Program-made: the position numbers and the translations under genes
Source: an uncultured Acidobacteriota bacterium
GTDB taxonomy: Bacteria; Acidobacteriota; Thermoanaerobaculia; UBA5066; DATFVB01
Length of the DNA: 64,000 nucleotides
NCBI GenBank assembly: GCA_963813155.1
Contig: CAWEYG010000004.1
Location: 72,918 to 136,917, forward strand
Reading direction: 5' to 3'
Shown: piece by piece, positions 42,241 to 52,378 of the stretch
Layout of the letters: the number at the start of each line of letters is the position of its first letter
Numbering within the stretch: the first letter of the stretch is position 1
Notes under the pieces: generated by a model
Database searches by the model: none
What the model saw: the letters and a program-made list of their open reading frames with translations, nothing else
What the model was told of the DNA's origin: nothing

Positions 42241-42827
42241 TGGCGAACCTGCTGCTCCTCGCGTCTTATCTTCTCGGCTCGGTCTCGTTTTCGATCGTCG
42301 TCGTCCGTCTCATCGCCCACAAGGACATCCGCGAAGAAGGCTCGGGGAATGCGGGAGCGACGAACGTGCTGCGCAATCACGGCGCGGCCGCGGGAATCGT
42401 GGTCGCGCTTCTCGACGTGGCGAAGGGGGCCGCGGCCGTGATCGCCATGCGCGCCGTGACGGCGAATCCCGCCTACGTCGCGGGCGCCGCGTTTGCGGTG
42501 ATCCTCGGGCACGTCTTTCCGCTCTTCTTTCGATTTCGCGGGGGCAAGGGGGTCGCGACGACCCTCGGGGCTTTCGCCGCCGCGGCCTGGGCGCCGACCC
42601 TCGTCGCGGCCGGGATCTTTCTCGCTGTCGTCGCGGTCACCCGGTACGTCTCTCTGGGGTCGATCCTCGCGACCGTCGCCCTGCCTCCCGTCTCGATTCT
42701 GCTGTTTCGAGTACCGGACGCGATCGTTCTCGCCGAATGCGCGGTCGCCCTGCTCGTGCTCTTCAAACACCTCGAGAATCTGAAGCGCCTGGCCGCCGGA
42801 ACCGAGCGGAAGCTGGGCTCGAAGTGA
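42240..42827 (+). CDS. plsY: Glycerol-3-phosphate acyltransferase
   Basis: YLLGS, GSGNAGATNVLR, GHVFP..FRGGKGVAT and HLENLKRL motifs. Confidence 0.95.
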   Translation: MANLLLLASYLLGSVSFSIVVVRLIAHKDIREEGSGNAGATNVLRNHGAAAGIVVALLDVAKGAAAVIAMRAVTANPAYVAGAAFAVILGHVFPLFFRFRGGKGVATTLGAFAAAAWAPTLVAAGIFLAVVAVTRYVSLGSILATVALPPVSILLFRVPDAIVLAECAVALLVLFKHLENLKRLAAGTERKLGSK

Positions 42828-43806
42828 GAATCGTCGTCCTCGGCGCCGGCTCGTGGGGAACGGCGCTGGCCGTTCAGGCGGCGCGGCGCGGGACACGAAT
42901 CGGTGCTCTGGACGCGGGATGCGGAGACCGCCGCTTCGATCCGTCGCGAGCGCCGGCATCCCCGCCGGCTCGCCGGCTTCGTGCTTCCGGACGGAGCTCG
43001 CCGTCGAGTCCGACCCCGGGTGCGTCCGCGGCGCGGAGCTGGCGGTTCTCGCCGTGCCGTCCGCGGCCGTGCGGGAAACGCTGGAGACGCTCCGGGGAGG
43101 GAGCCCGGAGTCGATCTGGGTCTCGGCCGTGAAGGGTTTCGAGATCGAGACGGGAAGGACGATCTCCCGCGTCCTCGCGGAAAGGGTGCCCGCCGAGCGC
43201 ATCGCCGTCGTTTCCGGCCCGACGTTCGCCGACGAAGTGATGCGGGGCGATCCGACGGCCGCGGTCGTGGCGTCGGAACGGGCCGAAACCGCGCAGGTCG
43301 TGCAGCAGGCCCTTTCGTCTCCCGTGTTCCGGCTCTACGGCAGCGAGGACGTCGTCGGGGTGGAGCTCTGCGGGGGCCTGAAGAACGTGATCGCCATCGC
43401 GAGCGGAATCGTGTCCGGCCTCGGCCTCGGCCACAACACGATCGCGGCGCTGATGACCCGCGGCCTGGCGGAAATCCTCCGGCTCGTGCTGGCTCGCGGC
43501 GGGAGGGAAAAGACCCTGCTCGGCCTTGCGGGGGCGGGCGACCTGATGCTCACCTGCACGGGATCGCAGTCCCGGAACCGCCGGGTCGGCGAGGAGATCG
43601 GCCGGGGAACTCCGCCGGCCGAGGCGATCGCGAGGACCCCCGAGGTCGCGGAAGGAACGAGGGCCTGCGTGGCGGCGGTCGCGATGGCGGCCGCGTCGAG
43701 GGTCGAAATGCCGATCGCGGCGGCGGTTCGGGAAGTCCTCTACGAGGGGGTCGCGCCGAAGGACGCGATCCGCGCATTGATGACCCGCGACCTCCGCTCG
43801 GAATGA
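42824..43806 (+). CDS. gpsA: NAD(P)H-dependent glycerol-3-phosphate dehydrogenase (frameshifts at ~42900-42985)
   Basis: VLGAGSWGTALA, SGPTFA, GGLKNVIAI, GDLMLTC and SRN motifs. Confidence 0.93.
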
Positions 43807-43843
43807 GAGGTTCACGTATAATCGCGGCAAGAGGTCGAACGAC

Positions 43844-44649
43844 ATGAGACGAGCGATTGCAGGGATCGTCGCCGCAGGTGCGGCGTTTGCGATTGGCGCG
43901 GCCGGTTTCGCCGCTCCCACGGCGCGGCGGTTTCCGAATCGGCGTCTGCCGCACCCGCGGCTCTGACTGCCGACGCCAACCTACTCGTGGAGCAGGAAGT
44001 GGGTGTCGGCACGCGGATTGACGGGATCATCGACTCCATCCAGGCAGAGCGGGGACAGGCGGTGAAGAAGGGGCAGGCGCTCGCGACACTCGACCAACGG
44101 GAGTTCGAGCTCGACCGCCGGGCGGCCGAGGCCGCTTTCTCGGCTGCGGATGCCGATTTCAAACGCTACCAGGAGCTCTTCGGGCAGAAGCTCGCGAGCA
44201 AGGCGGAGCTCGAGCAGCGGCGCGCGCATTTCGAGCAGGCAAAGGTCGACCTCGAGAAGGCGAAGCTCGTGATCGACCGGTCCGTCATTCGGGCGCCCTT
44301 CGACGGCATCGTCGTCGACCGCACGGTTCGGGCCGGTCAGAAGGTGCAGACCTCCGACGCTCTGCCACTCTTCAAGGTCAGCGCCCTCGATCCCCTGTTC
44401 GCGCGGGTGTACCTGAACGAGAGCTGGCTCGATCGGCTTCGCGTCGGGGAGCCGGTGACGGTCATTTCTTCGAAGTTTCCCAAGGCTCGTTCCGTGGGCA
44501 AGATCTCGTTTCTCGCGCCCGTCATCGATTCGGCGAGCGGCACCTTCCAGGTGATCGTGACGGTCCCGCGGGACCACGACAGGATCTTCCGCCCGGGAAG
44601 CTCGGTGAAGATCAGCTTCAATCCCCGGCGGACGGCAATCCGGGAGTGA
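43844..44649 (+). CDS. Small RND/HlyD-type periplasmic adaptor (membrane fusion protein); frameshift at ~43930
   Basis: MRRAIAGIVAAGAAFA signal; GQAVKKGQALATLD; IRAPFDGIV; PVIDSASGTF. Confidence 0.85.
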
Positions 44650-45365
44650 CCGCCCCGCGCCGGTCGCGCCGGCGAATGCGCTCGACGATGGACTCGGTTT
44701 TTCTTCACGACATGAAGAATCTCGAGTTCCGGCTGAACCTGCTCCTCTCCAATCTCGAAGAGCACTACGGCGATCCCGATTTCAAGCGCAGCGTCGTCGA
44801 GCTGCTCCAATCCTCGCTGCAGAAGGTGGATACGGTCGTGGAGCGATGGTCGGCGCACAAGGACGCCGTGATGATCAAGGTTCCCGTCGACGTCAACGAA
44901 TTGCTCGCCGACGCGACGAACCGGGTCCGGCCCCGCGATTCCTACCGCGGCGACGGCGCGCTCGCCCCGCGAGTGGAATTCTCGGCGGAGCCGCTCCCTC
45001 CGGTCTGGGCAGACCCGCACTACCTGAGCGACGCGTTCGCGAGCATTCTTCAAAACGCCCTCGAGGCTGCGGGACCGGGAGGAGTGGTGTCCGTCGAGAG
45101 CCGCCCGGAGGACCGCCGCGGCGCGCCGTGGGTCGCCGTGGACATCGCCGACAACGGCCCCGGCATGAGTCGCGAATTCGTTCGAACTCGCCTCTTTCGC
45201 CCGTTTCAGACGTTGAAGAGCTACGGGATCGGGCTCGGTCTCTACACGGCGCGCGAGATCATCCGCTCCCACCGCGGGCGCCGTTTCCGTCAAGAGCCGG
45301 CTCGGCCAGGGGACGCTCGTGACCGTGAGACTGCGCGCGGAGCGGGAGAAAGCCTCCCGGCTTGA
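44646..45365 (+). CDS. PrsK-like histidine kinase lacking sensor domain
   Basis: H-box FLHDMKNL...LNLLLSN..H..DPDF; N-box ILQNALEA; DNGPGMSREFVRTRLFRPFQT; GIGLGLY; only ~20 aa precede the H-box. Confidence 0.8.
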   Translation: MTAPRRSRRRMRSTMDSVFLHDMKNLEFRLNLLLSNLEEHYGDPDFKRSVVELLQSSLQKVDTVVERWSAHKDAVMIKVPVDVNELLADATNRVRPRDSYRGDGALAPRVEFSAEPLPPVWADPHYLSDAFASILQNALEAAGPGGVVSVESRPEDRRGAPWVAVDIADNGPGMSREFVRTRLFRPFQTLKSYGIGLGLYTAREIIRSHRGRRFRQEPARPGDARDRETARGAGESLPA

Positions 45366-45367
45366 CG

Positions 45368-46741
45368 GTGGATGGCCGGCTCGCGATCGTCGAAGACGAC
45401 GAATTCTGCTCGATCAGCTCCGCTGGGCGCTCAAGGGAAAGTTCGAAGTCCTCGACGGCCGGCAATGCGATCGACGGAATCGCGCTCGTCGACTCCGCGC
45501 CCGACTGTTTCCTGATCGACCTGCGGCTTCCGCCGTCCAACGAACCACAGGAGGGCCTCGATCTGCTTCGGCGCCATTCGCCGAAGGCGCCCGGGCATCC
45601 CGGTCATCGTCATGACCGGAGAGAAGGAACGCCGGTTCGCGCTGAAGGCGATCGAGAACGGGGCCTACGACTTCTTCCGAAAGCCGGTCGACCCCGTCGG
45701 AGCTCGCGCTGATCGTCGGGCGCGCGCTGGAGCGGCAGCGGATTCTTCCAGGAGAACCGGGCCCTCAAGGACGATCTCCTCGGCGCGCAGAGCCTGGGAA
45801 GCCTCGTCGGCGCGAGCCCCCCGATGCGGGCGCTCTTTCGCTCGATCGAGAAGGTGGCCCCGTCCGACGCGACCGTCCTGATCGTCGGGGAGAGCGGCAC
45901 CGGCAAGGAGCTCGTCGCCCAGGCGATCCACCGGGGGAGCCCGCGCGCCTCCGGGCCCTTCATCGCCGTCAACAGCTCCGCGCTGCCCGAGACGCTCGCC
46001 GAGTCGGAGCTGTTCGGGCACGAGAAGGGCGCGTTCACGGGCGCCGTCGCCGCCCGGCCGGGAAAGTTCGAGCTCGCGCACGGCGGGACGCTTTTCCTCG
46101 ACGAAGCCGCGACCCTGTAGCGCTGCCGTTCAGGCCAAGCTGCTCCGCGTCCTCGAATCGCGAAAATTCGAGCGGGTGGGGGGATCGAGGACGATCTCGG
46201 TCGACATCCGCCTCCTCGTCGCGACGAACGAAGACCTCGAAACGAGAGTCGCGGCGGGAACGTTTCGAGAGGACCTCTTCTATCGGCTGAACACGGTGGT
46301 CCTGAAGATTCCGCCGTTGCGGGATCGGGGCGAGGACGTGCTCGCTGCTGGCGGACGCGTTCGCCGTCCGCTGGGCGACGCACCACCGCAAGAAGCCGAA
46401 GGTGTTCTCGCCGGAAGTCCGGCAGGCCTTTCGGACCCACCGCTGGCCGGGCAACGTCCGGGAGCTGGAGCACCTGGTCGAGATGCTCACCCTCATGGCC
46501 GACGAGGAGGAGATCCTGCTGGATCATTTGCCGGGGATCCGGTTCGGGCGGATTCAGCCCCCGGCCGGGCAGCCGCGGCCGCGCCCGCGGACGCCCTTCC
46601 TGAGATCCGTCGAGCGGTTCGAGAGAGACCTCGCTCGCCTCCGCAATCGCCGCGTTCGCGGGAGTAAGAGCGAAAGCGGCCCGGTCCCTGGGGCTCGAGC
46701 CGAATCAGATGAACTATCTCTGCCGGAAGCATCGCCTCTGA
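45368..46741 (+). CDS. PrsR-like sigma-54-dependent response regulator (several frameshifts)
   Basis: [28 protein letters not shown]; [44 protein letters not shown]; C-terminal HTH-like end. Confidence 0.85.
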
Positions 46742-46768
46742 GACCGGGGCATAGAGTTGTTCAACTGT

Positions 46769-46895
46769 GTGAAAATTTGACGGATGAATTTTTCACCGGC
46801 CGATCGTCGCTGACTCTTGTGCTACTCGTAAGTTGCTGGATTATAGATGCTTGAGTCCGGTCGGGAACACCCGCAAAGCTGGCCTCCACCTTGCG
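46769..46895 (+). promoter_or_regulatory. Sigma-54 promoter with upstream activator-like palindrome
   Basis: TGGCCTCCACCTTGCG at 46880-46895 (GG-N10-GC); IR GTGAAAA-N14-TTTTCAC at 46769-46796; GGGAGG RBS at 46915-46920. Confidence 0.7.
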
Positions 46896-46925
46896 ATGTG
46901 ACGATGACACGAAAGGGAGGACAAA

Positions 46926-47629
46926 ATGGGAAACGATGTGAGGATCAAACTGACGGAGGAACAGATGGCAAAGATCAAGGCAGGAACTGGCAAGGAAATG
47001 GGAGAGATTCGGGTCGGAAACATCGGAAACGCCCCCGGCGCCGACCGCGTCGCTCTCGTTCGGCTCGAAGCCTGGCCTTGGCGGGCAAGCCTGGCCTTGG
47101 GTCGAAGCCTGGCCTTGGCTCGCAAGCCTGGCCTCGGGCAAGCCTGGCCTCGGGCAAGCCTGGCCTTGCGGTAAGCCTGGCCTCGGCTCGCAAGCCTGGC
47201 CTCGGTTCGAAGCCTGGCCTCTCGGCCAAGCCTGGCCTGTCGGCTGCAAGCCTGGCCTCGGCTCCAAGCCTGGTCTCGGCCAAGCCTGGTCTCGGGTCCA
47301 AGCCTGGCCTCTCCAAGCCTGGCTCTCGGTTCCAAGCCTGGCCTCGGTTCCAAGCCTGGCCTGTCGGCTCAAGCCTGGCCGTCGGGCAAGCCTGGTCTCG
47401 GGCAAGCCTGGTCTCGGCCAAGCCTGGCCTGTCGGCCCAAGCCTGGCTCTCGGTTCCAAGCCTGGCTCTCGGTTCCAAGCCTGGCCTCTCGGGCAAGCCT
47501 GGCCTGTCGGTTCCAAGCCTGGCCTCTCGGTTCCAAGCCTGGGCTGTCGGCCAAGCCTGGCTCTCGGTGCAAACCGGGGCTGTTCGGAAGCCGGGACTCA
47601 GCGGAAGCCGGGATTGGCGGACAAATTGA
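46926..47629 (+). CDS. Leader + (xxKPGL)n repeat protein; candidate precursor/cargo (frame broken by indels)
   Basis: Strong RBS; MGNDVRIKLTEEQMAKIKAGTGKEMGEIRVGNIGNAP, then 31 KPGL-type units; last three units use synonymous codons. Confidence 0.7.
47068..47616 (+). repeat. Tandem repeat, 31 units, mean period 17.9 nt, core AAGCCTGG
   Basis: 28 AAGCCTGG cores from 47068 to 47553, plus AAACCGGGGCTG, AAGCCGGGACTC and AAGCCGGGATTG; spacings 15-20 nt. Confidence 0.95.
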
Positions 47630-47734
47630 AATTCATGGCCTCTCAGGGGCCAGGGCGCTCTCGGGCAGACCTGCACTCTGAGGCTCACCGACGGTACGAA
47701 TTCGACTCATCGCGAAAGCGGGGCGTTTTCAGTT

Positions 47735-49929
47735 CTACCAGATAACGCGGCGGGCCCAGTGGTAGATGACGTTCCACCACTGAACGGCGAAGGGGGATCG
47801 CGCCCCAATGAGCTTGGCGTCCGCCTCCATGCCCGACGCGAGCTCGCCGTCTCCGTTTTCGACGAGAGCGACCGCGATGAACCGTTCGGGCCTTCCCCGA
47901 GCCGGAGGGGTGCCTCGAGAGCGCTCGAGGTGGCGGGGAGCTTCTCCGCCGCCGGAGCGATCTCCGTGATTTTCACCCGGAACCGGCGGAAGGGGAGCGC
48001 TCGAACGTGCAGCGAGACCGGCTCGCCCACCCGGATCGACTGGAGGAGGCGCTCCGTGACGGGGATCTCGACTCGCATCGTCCGGGTGTCGCCGAGCTCG
48101 AAGAGCGGCGCGCCGGCGGCGACCGACGAGCCCAGGAGATCCTGGGGCCGGTGGGTGAGGATCGTCCCCGCGACGGGAGCGCGCACGACGAGGGCGCTTC
48201 GCACGGCTTCGGTCGCACGGAGGGCGGATGCCGCGGCCCCGGCGCGCGATTCGAATTCCGTGGAGCCCGCGGCCGATGCTTCCGCGCGGCTCAGGCTGGC
48301 CGCGCCCTCGAATCCGCCTTTCCGGGCGGTGAGCTCCCGAATGCGGCTCTCGACGGAGCGGCTCGTCAGAACGGCGAGCGTGCTCCCAGGCATGACCTGA
48401 TCGCCCTCGCCGACGGCCACCGACGCAACGGTTGCGTCGGCGGGAGCCGACACCTGAAGGGTGGCCGCCGGTTTCAGGATCACCGGGAGCTCGAAGGTTT
48501 CGTGCGGCCACGGGAGAATCAGAATCAGAAGGAAGACCGCGGCCCCGACGGCGAGCCGCCTCAGGATTTTGGGGGACATGAGGTACTCCTTCTTGTCGAG
48601 GTAGACCATTCGCAGGACGTCGGTGAACTTTCGCATTTTCTTTCGGAAGAGGCGAAGGAAGGTCAACAGCGTGAGCGGCGTGGTCAGCTCCCCCGCGAAT
48701 CGGCCGTAGATGGCCGCGATCAGCGCGCCGATCGCGAGCATGATGGAGCCCATGTAGAAGGCCGCCAGAGGCCCATAGATGAGGAAAATCCGCCGTTTCC
48801 GCTTCGAGAGGACGGGGACTTCGACGGGCAGTCGAAGAATGTGTTTTTGAATGAGCGCGCCCATGTACGCGTACGATTCGGCCGGAGATTGGGAATCTCG
48901 ATGATGTCTTCGAGCGCGTGGTAGCCGTCGTTGGGCGTCATCGGGTTCAAGTTGAAAAAAATCGTCGAGATGCCCGTGTAGATCATTCCCATGTACGCGA
49001 AATGGTGAATGAAAGTATCGGGATAGCTCACGAGCCAGATCCCGGTGGCCAGGACGCACATGAGGAGCTCGATGTAGATTCCCGAGAGGTTGACCCAGAG
49101 CCGATGCCACTTGCTGTCGAAGAGCTCTGAGTCGAGCGTGTCGGTGAAATAGGCGGGCAGGAAGAAGACCAGCGCGAATCCGATGCTGTGAACCTCTCCG
49201 CCGTACATTTTCATCGTGTAGGCGTGTCCCAGTTCGTGGAACGTGGAAATGAACGTGACGATGACGTAGAACTCGAGGATCTCGATCAGGGGCTTGTTGA
49301 GGAAGGAGAACAGCCGGAGCGTCTCCTCCCAGATTGCGAGTCCAGTGCTGAATGAAGACGGCGGTCATCAGGGAGAACAAAACGAGCGACACGGCAACGA
49401 CTTCGGGGCTCCAGATCCAGCGGACGTATTTGACCGTCTTGTTGAGGAATTCGTTCGGGTCCGCGATCGGGAAGAGCATGAGGAGGATGTTGAACCTCTT
49501 CTCCTTCTCCTCCGCCTTGAGCTTGCGGGCGTCTCGCAGCCGCTGCATGACGGCCAGGCCCCGCTCGCTTCCGGACTGGGCCAGGAGGTTCATGCTCTGC
49601 AGGTTCTCGGCGAAATCCATGACGAGAGTCGTTTCGATGCGATCGGTCGGATTCGCCGCGATGTAGGCGTCCCGGATCTCGGCGTGCGTTCGCTTGCCGT
49701 CGAACAGCTCGATCAGGCCCCATTCGGCGTCCGTAAACGTGTAAATCAACAGGGTTTCCGGGTTCTTGACGACCCACTTCGATTCGCCCATCTGGACGAG
49801 GTGCCGGATGACGAGATCCGGTCGAAGCGCCGGACATTCGTTCGCGGGGGCGAGCTTGTGGGAGAGAGCCTCCGCGACCTGGCTGCTCGGGGTGGTCGAG
49901 AGGAGCGTTGCGCGAGAAGTGATGCTCAC
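47735..49929 (-). CDS. PqqD/RRE-like + M50 intramembrane metalloprotease + HlyD adaptor fusion (frameshifted)
   Basis: N-terminal PALRPDL...VVKNPET...LIELFDGKRT..EI; TFHELGHAYTMK (HExxH); FFNLNPMTPNDGYH; C-terminal VSAPADATV...VRAPVAGTIL...GMEADAKL. Confidence 0.8.
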
Positions 49930-52348
49930 GGCATCAGGGGCCAGAGCTTCGCCCAGAACCATCGCGCGGGCTTGCGGAAGAAGGCGTAACCGAGCCGCCG
50001 CGTCTCGGCGGAGATCTTCGCTTTGCCGAGCATTCCGGGATGGATCGCTCCGTCGCCGTTGTCGAGCAAGGCTTCCGCGAGGACGAAACGGTCCTCGCCT
50101 TCTTCGCGGACGACCGGCGAGACTCGCCCGATCTTTCCGCGGAAGACGCGGGAGGGGTAGGTATTGAGTTTGACGGACACGTCCTCGCCGGCGCAAGAGG
50201 GCGGAATCGGCCTCCGCGACGGCCACCTCGACTTCGGCGGACCGCGTGTCGGCGATCACGGCAAGCTCCGCGCCGCTTGCGACGGTCTGTCCGATCCGTT
50301 GCTTCCAGGTGGGGGGTGATCAGGACTCCGGAAGAGGGCGCGCGAACCTTCGTCTGGGCGAGGTTGTCCTCCGCCACGGCGTCGCGAGCGCGCGCATTTC
50401 GTCGAGCCGGGACATCGCCCGACCGAGCGCGGCTGTGTCTCCCGCCGCCTGGCTCCGCGCGACCTCGTTCCGGGCGATTTCGAGTCGGACGCGGGCCTGC
50501 GCCGCCGCGGCCTGATAGTCCTGGTCGTAGAGCGTCGCGACGACGTCGCCCTCCTTGACGGCGTCTCCTTCCCGGTGGAGGACGGACGCGATCGTTCCCG
50601 GAACGGCGGCGGTGAGGGCCATGCGTCGGCCCGGTAGAACGCGCGCGGTTCCCGTCAGGCGGATGTTCCAGGGAAGGATCACGAGCGCGAGGAGGATCGA
50701 CGGCGCCGATCGCCACGCGCCGGCGGAGCTTGTACTTCGGAAGGGCCGAGAGCTGCCGCTTCTTCTCGAGGAGCGGCTTCCAGAAGCCCGCGAGCGGCAC
50801 CTGCTGGTACAGCTGGGCGTTTCGAATCGCGACGGTCGCCTGGTTGACGAGGATCTGGAGGAGATCTCGCCCTTCCTCGTCGAACACGCGCGGCTCCGCG
50901 CTCTCGAAGGCGATCGCTCCGAGCTTGCCCTCTTCGTCCTGCAGGATGATCGCGAGGTAGGAGCGCATGCCGCTCTCCTCGAAGAAGATGCGGAATTTCT
51001 CGGTCGTCTCCGCGCGGTCGGTCACGATCTTGCCGTCGTCCTGTTGGGTGACCGAGACGTTGTTGCCGCCGTGGTAGACCCACTCGAGGAGGTCGGCCGT
51101 CCGGGCGATCGAGGGATCGGACCGGTTGACTTCGTCGACGCCGGAGACCGCTCCCAGCCGAAGCTTTCCCCGCTGGACGATCGAGACGGAGCAGCGGTCG
51201 ATGTCGACGAGGGCGGCGCTCGCGTTCGCGACGGTCTTCATGACGCGGTCGAGGTCGAGCGTCGACGTGATTTCGCGGCTGACGGCGAGCAGTGCGTCGA
51301 GCTCCTCGACCCGGCGCTCGGCGCCGTAGCGCCGGGCGTTGTGCAGCGACCGAACCGCCTGGTGGCCGAGATCGGTCAGGAGAAGGGCGTCGGTCTCGTG
51401 AATCGGGGGCGCCTCCCGCGTCTTGTTGACGATGATCATGAAGCCGACCGTTTCTTCGTCTTCGAGCAGCGGCAGCGTCAGAACGGACGAGACCGGAAAC
51501 GGGCTTTCCTGCCGGAGGAAATGCTCGGGGAAGCTCGTTCTCGTACGTCGCCTCCCGCGCGCCGATCGCGTCGCCACGATCGAGGCGCCGATCGAGTCGG
51601 GCGGATGGATCTCGTAGTTCTCGTTGATGGCCGTCGCGGCGAGCGCGACCTCGCCCTCGCTTCCCTGGAGGACCCAGAGCGACGCGATTTCGGCGTTTGC
51701 GAAGTCGACCGCCTTCCGCGCGATCATCGCCGTGAGCTCGTCCCAGTCCAGCGTCGAACCGAACGCCTTCGAAAGGTCGTAAAGGTTCGTCAGCCGCTCG
51801 ATCGCGTGGAGCATTCCGGAGGTCTTCTTGTCCTGTTTCAGGCGCGGCCGACCGCCAGCGCCGCATCCGGCACGAACGTCGAGAGATCGCGCGAGCGCGG
51901 CTTTGAGGTTGGCGCCCTTCTCCGGAAGAGGACCGCGGCGACGCCGATGACTCCTTCGTCGGCGGCGAGGGGGAGGGCCAGGCAGACGCCGAAGTTCCGG
52001 GCGCCGGGCGGGAGCCACGGATCGTCGGAGACGAGAAGCTCCGCCGACGTCAGCGAGAAGGATTCGCGGTCGCGAATCAGTCGCCAGACGAATCCGTCAC
52101 CGCGCGGAACCGATTGCTGGAGGATCCGTCCGATGGCTTCGCCGGTCGCCCCGGTGCAGGTGAAAACGGGATGGATCGGGTCCTGCGTCCAGACAAGGGC
52201 CGCGTCGGCTCCGGCGATCGCCGCGAGCCAGCGAGCCGCCCAGGCGGACGTCTGGGCCAGCGTCTCGCAGGCGAGTAGTTCGGCGAGAGCGGCCGCAAAA
52301 TCGCCCTCGGTGGGCGTCGGCGGCGGTGCTTTCCGGCTCGTCCGACAT
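49926..52348 (-). CDS. Multi-GAF + HlyD/MFP fusion protein (frameshifted)
   Basis: Three GAF-like blocks, two ending QAVRSLHNARRY and QATVAIRNAQLY; TM; AAVPGTIASVLHREGDAVKEG; VRAPSSGVL; PGMLGKAKI. Confidence 0.78.
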
Positions 52349-52378
52349 CGAGTCGTTCTTTCCGGCTTCGGTGCGGGT

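Noticed and set aside
46118-46120. In-frame TAG in the sigma-54 regulator as pyrrolysine or readthrough
   Set aside because: Deleting one T restores [19 protein letters not shown]; a simple indel.
47068-47616. CRISPR array or non-coding satellite
   Set aside because: Period is ~18 nt with no unique spacers and no cas genes; synonymous variation shows peptide coding.
46926-47629. True collagen or PEP-CTERM protein
   Set aside because: Gly-X-Y is broken in GSKPGL/SAKPGL units; no Sec signal and no PEP-TM-basic tail visible.
46761-47688. Minus-strand repeat ORFs (RPGL/QAW/ARL) and plus-strand QAW/SLA frames
   Set aside because: Promoter and RBS are on the plus strand, and only the KPGL frame is preserved in the codon-divergent terminal units.
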